DNA of 64,000 nt from the NCBI GenBank assembly GCA_964535385.1, contig CAZHSY010000003.1, positions 18,529 through 82,528 on the forward strand. The letters are read 5' to 3'. Under the pieces are notes generated by a model, which saw only the letters and a program-made list of their open reading frames with translations, did not search any database and was not told the origin of the DNA. This DNA is from an uncultured Candidatus Saccharibacteria bacterium (GTDB taxonomy: Bacteria > Patescibacteriota > Saccharimonadia > CAILAD01 > GCA-016700035). The translations under genes and the position numbers were made by a program. Shown here piece after piece: positions 62,346 through 64,000 of this stretch (the first letter of the stretch is position 1; each line of letters opens with the position of its first letter).

Positions 62346-62797
62346 ACTGAGACCCCGAGATCTCTAAGGCCCTGACCGAGCTTGGCCACGGCTTGCTCCA
62401 CCTCGCGCGGCACGACGTCGATGTGAACTTCGTGGGCATATTGATTGCGCAGCTTATGAGCCGCCCATATGCCGTTTAGGTCGGAGAATTTCGAGCCACC
62501 GGACTTTAAACGCTCTCCCATCGTATCACCGTGAAAGCCCTTGGCTTGCATGACATGATCAAGCAACTTATCAGCTTCGATAAGAGCGTTCTTCAGGCCC
62601 GACCCGCCTGATTTCATCATCTGCTGAATCTCGGTCCAATGACGAGTTACAAATTCCGTATCCAGCGTCGGCTGCGGGCTATCAGGTGAGTCATCGAAGG
62701 TTGCCTTATCGCGAGACCGGCCTCCGGAAGCATTGCTCATGTAGGCCAAGAGACCACCAATCACGACTACTGCCAAAATCATTGATAGAAACGTCAT
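62342..62797 (-). CDS. Membrane-anchored hypothetical protein (151 aa) inserted between gatA and gatB; has an Rx4H (HEPN-like) motif
   Basis: N-terminal transmembrane helix and an HKLRNQYAHEVH motif near the C-terminus. 4-nt overlaps with both gatA and gatB. Confidence 0.55.
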   Translation of the reverse strand: MTFLSMILAVVVIGGLLAYMSNASGGRSRDKATFDDSPDSPQPTLDTEFVTRHWTEIQQMMKSGGSGLKNALIEADKLLDHVMQAKGFHGDTMGERLKSGGSKFSDLNGIWAAHKLRNQYAHEVHIDVVPREVEQAVAKLGQGLRDLGVSV

Positions 62798-64000
62798 ACC
62801 GCCCGATCCTCCAATACCACGGCAAGTTCAGTCTGAGCTGCGGTAGCTGCCTGCAAAAGTAGCTTATCCTGCTGACGAGCCGCCATAAATTGCAAACCAA
62901 GTGGCAAGTTGTCCGAACCGGCTAAAGGTATAGAGATCGCTGGTATACCAGCTAAGTTCGCACCGACTGTCATAATGTCGGCCAGATACATCGCGATTGG
63001 ATCAGTCGTATTGTCGCCCAGCTTGAAAGCAGCCGTCGGCGTAGTGGGGCCAAGCAGTACGTCATACTGACGAAATGCATCATCAAAATCTTGCCGGATC
63101 AGCGTCCGAACTTGCATGGCCTTCTTGTAACAAGCATCGTAGTAGCCGGCTGAGAGAGCATAGGTACCAGTTAAGATACGTCGCTGCACCTCAGGTCCGA
63201 GCTTCTCTCCCCGTGTGCGATTATAACCAGTCGTGACATCGCTAGCCGTCAGGGATGCTCCATAGCGAATACCATCATAGCGCTCTAAATTAGACGAAAT
63301 CTCAGCTGGTGCCACGACATAATAGCACGGCAAAGCCTTTGTCAGCTGTGGCAAACTGATTTCATCAATCGTCCAGCCAGACGCCTGAAGCGTAGCGAAT
63401 ACCTTTTCATAAACCGCCGAGACATCAGGCGCGATTCCATCAAGATATTCTTTAACAATTGCAGCCCGTTGCGGTATGGCCGCCCCACCAAAGTCGATTG
63501 TCTCGAGGCCTATCGTCGTAGCATCATTCTCATCTCGACCAGCCATAATACCGAGCAAGAGAGCCGCATCCTCGACACTATTTGCAAAAGGACCAACCAC
63601 ATCGAGCGAGCTCGCCATCGCTACCACGCCATAGCGTGAAATCACGCCATAGGTCGGCTTTAAGCCCACCACACCACAGAAAGCGGCTGGCTGGCGAATA
63701 CTACCGCCGGTATCTGTACCGATTGAGAATAACCCTACCCCAGCCGCCAGAATAGCTGCCGAACCACCAGAACTACCACCAGGTACACGGCCTAGATCAT
63801 GGGGATTGCGGGTCGGACCGTAGCTGGAGTATTCGGTGGAGCCACCGTGGGCAAATTCATCCTGGTTGACCTTGGCGATACAGATCGCACCAGCTACTTC
63901 GAGCTGACGAACTGCTGTACCGGTATAAGGAGCTGTAAACTCATCGAGTATCCGACTAGCAGCCGTAGTACGTACTCCTTCGATGAGGAACATGTCTTTG
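62794..64000 (-). CDS. gatA: Glutamyl-tRNA(Gln) amidotransferase subunit A (C-terminal ~400 aa; 5' end off-window)
   Basis: Amidase signature GGSSGGSAA with Ser-cisSer-Lys context. The ORF reaches the window edge. Confidence 0.9.
   Translation of the reverse strand, partial: KDMFLIEGVRTTAASRILDEFTAPYTGTAVRQLEVAGAICIAKVNQDEFAHGGSTEYSSYGPTRNPHDLGRVPGGSSGGSAAILAAGVGLFSIGTDTGGSIRQPAAFCGVVGLKPTYGVISRYGVVAMASSLDVVGPFANSVEDAALLLGIMAGRDENDATTIGLETIDFGGAAIPQRAAIVKEYLDGIAPDVSAVYEKVFATLQASGWTIDEISLPQLTKALPCYYVVAPAEISSNLERYDGIRYGASLTASDVTTGYNRTRGEKLGPEVQRRILTGTYALSAGYYDACYKKAMQVRTLIRQDFDDAFRQYDVLLGPTTPTAAFKLGDNTTDPIAMYLADIMTVGANLAGIPAISIPLAGSDNLPLGLQFMAARQQDKLLLQAATAAQTELAVVLEDRAV

Noticed and set aside
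1-64000. CRISPR arrays, rRNA genes, transposases or integrases, and toxin–antitoxin pairs.
   Set aside because: There are no regularly spaced direct repeats of 24–48 nt. No 16S or 23S conserved blocks are present. No ORF has DDE, HUH, tyrosine- or serine-recombinase motifs. No adjacent small-ORF pair has a typical TA architecture.

Overview
The window is about 64 kb of a bacterial chromosome at roughly 50% GC, and nearly every gene is on the minus strand. It is dominated by one contiguous superoperon, read high to low coordinates: rpoB-rpoC | rpsL-rpsG | (insertion) | fusA-tuf-rpsJ | (insertion) | rplC…rpsE-rplO-secY-infA-rpmJ-rpsM-rpsK-rpsD-rpoA. There is no L30 gene, and no adk or map between secY and infA; L30 absence is commonly reported for Patescibacteria/CPR, so the cluster looks CPR- or Saccharibacteria-like, but that is a guess. 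The second half holds housekeeping genes: MFS transporter, clpP, tig, tRNA-Leu, rsmD, recG, tyrS, a class A PBP, yacL-radA-clpC, nusA, yraN-rnhB, a pyrD-like gene, rplS, a gmk-like gene, dnaE, gatB and partial gatA.
Five things stand out.
(1) A family of intergenic structured repeats recurs in at least six or seven intergenic regions. Members are long, near-perfect hairpins whose outer stems vary but whose core mini-hairpin is conserved (GGCGTAC-N6-GTACGGTG, read on the other strand as CACCGTA…TACGG). A second shared block is GGGTYCTTYTGAGTGATGCTRGGT, and a CTAGGAAC motif co-occurs. Copies lie at the junctions of the ribosomal and RNA-polymerase operons.
(2) An insertion of about 4.1 kb lies between rpsG and fusA. 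It carries a Cys-rich (CxxC-containing) small protein gene, then a small two-transmembrane protein gene whose stop overlaps the start (TAATG) of a membrane-anchored two-domain Hsp100/Clp-like AAA+ ATPase. That ATPase appears, by eye, to lack the ClpP-docking loop and both pore-loop tyrosines. Opposite it is a high-GC gene for a secreted protein that is probably SH3b-like.
(3) An insertion of about 0.9 kb separates rpsJ from rplC. It contains a high-GC plus-strand gene with its own promoter and terminator.
(4) A high-GC plus-strand island at 57.0–58.9 kb contains a gene that appears split across three reading frames (probable pseudogene). The high GC suggests horizontal transfer, possibly from an actinobacterial host, which is speculation.
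(5) A 151-aa membrane-anchored protein with an Rx4H (HEPN-like) motif sits between gatA and gatB with 4-nt overlaps on both sides.
Coordinates of some starts are approximate, within about 3 nt, where I chose an internal start codon.
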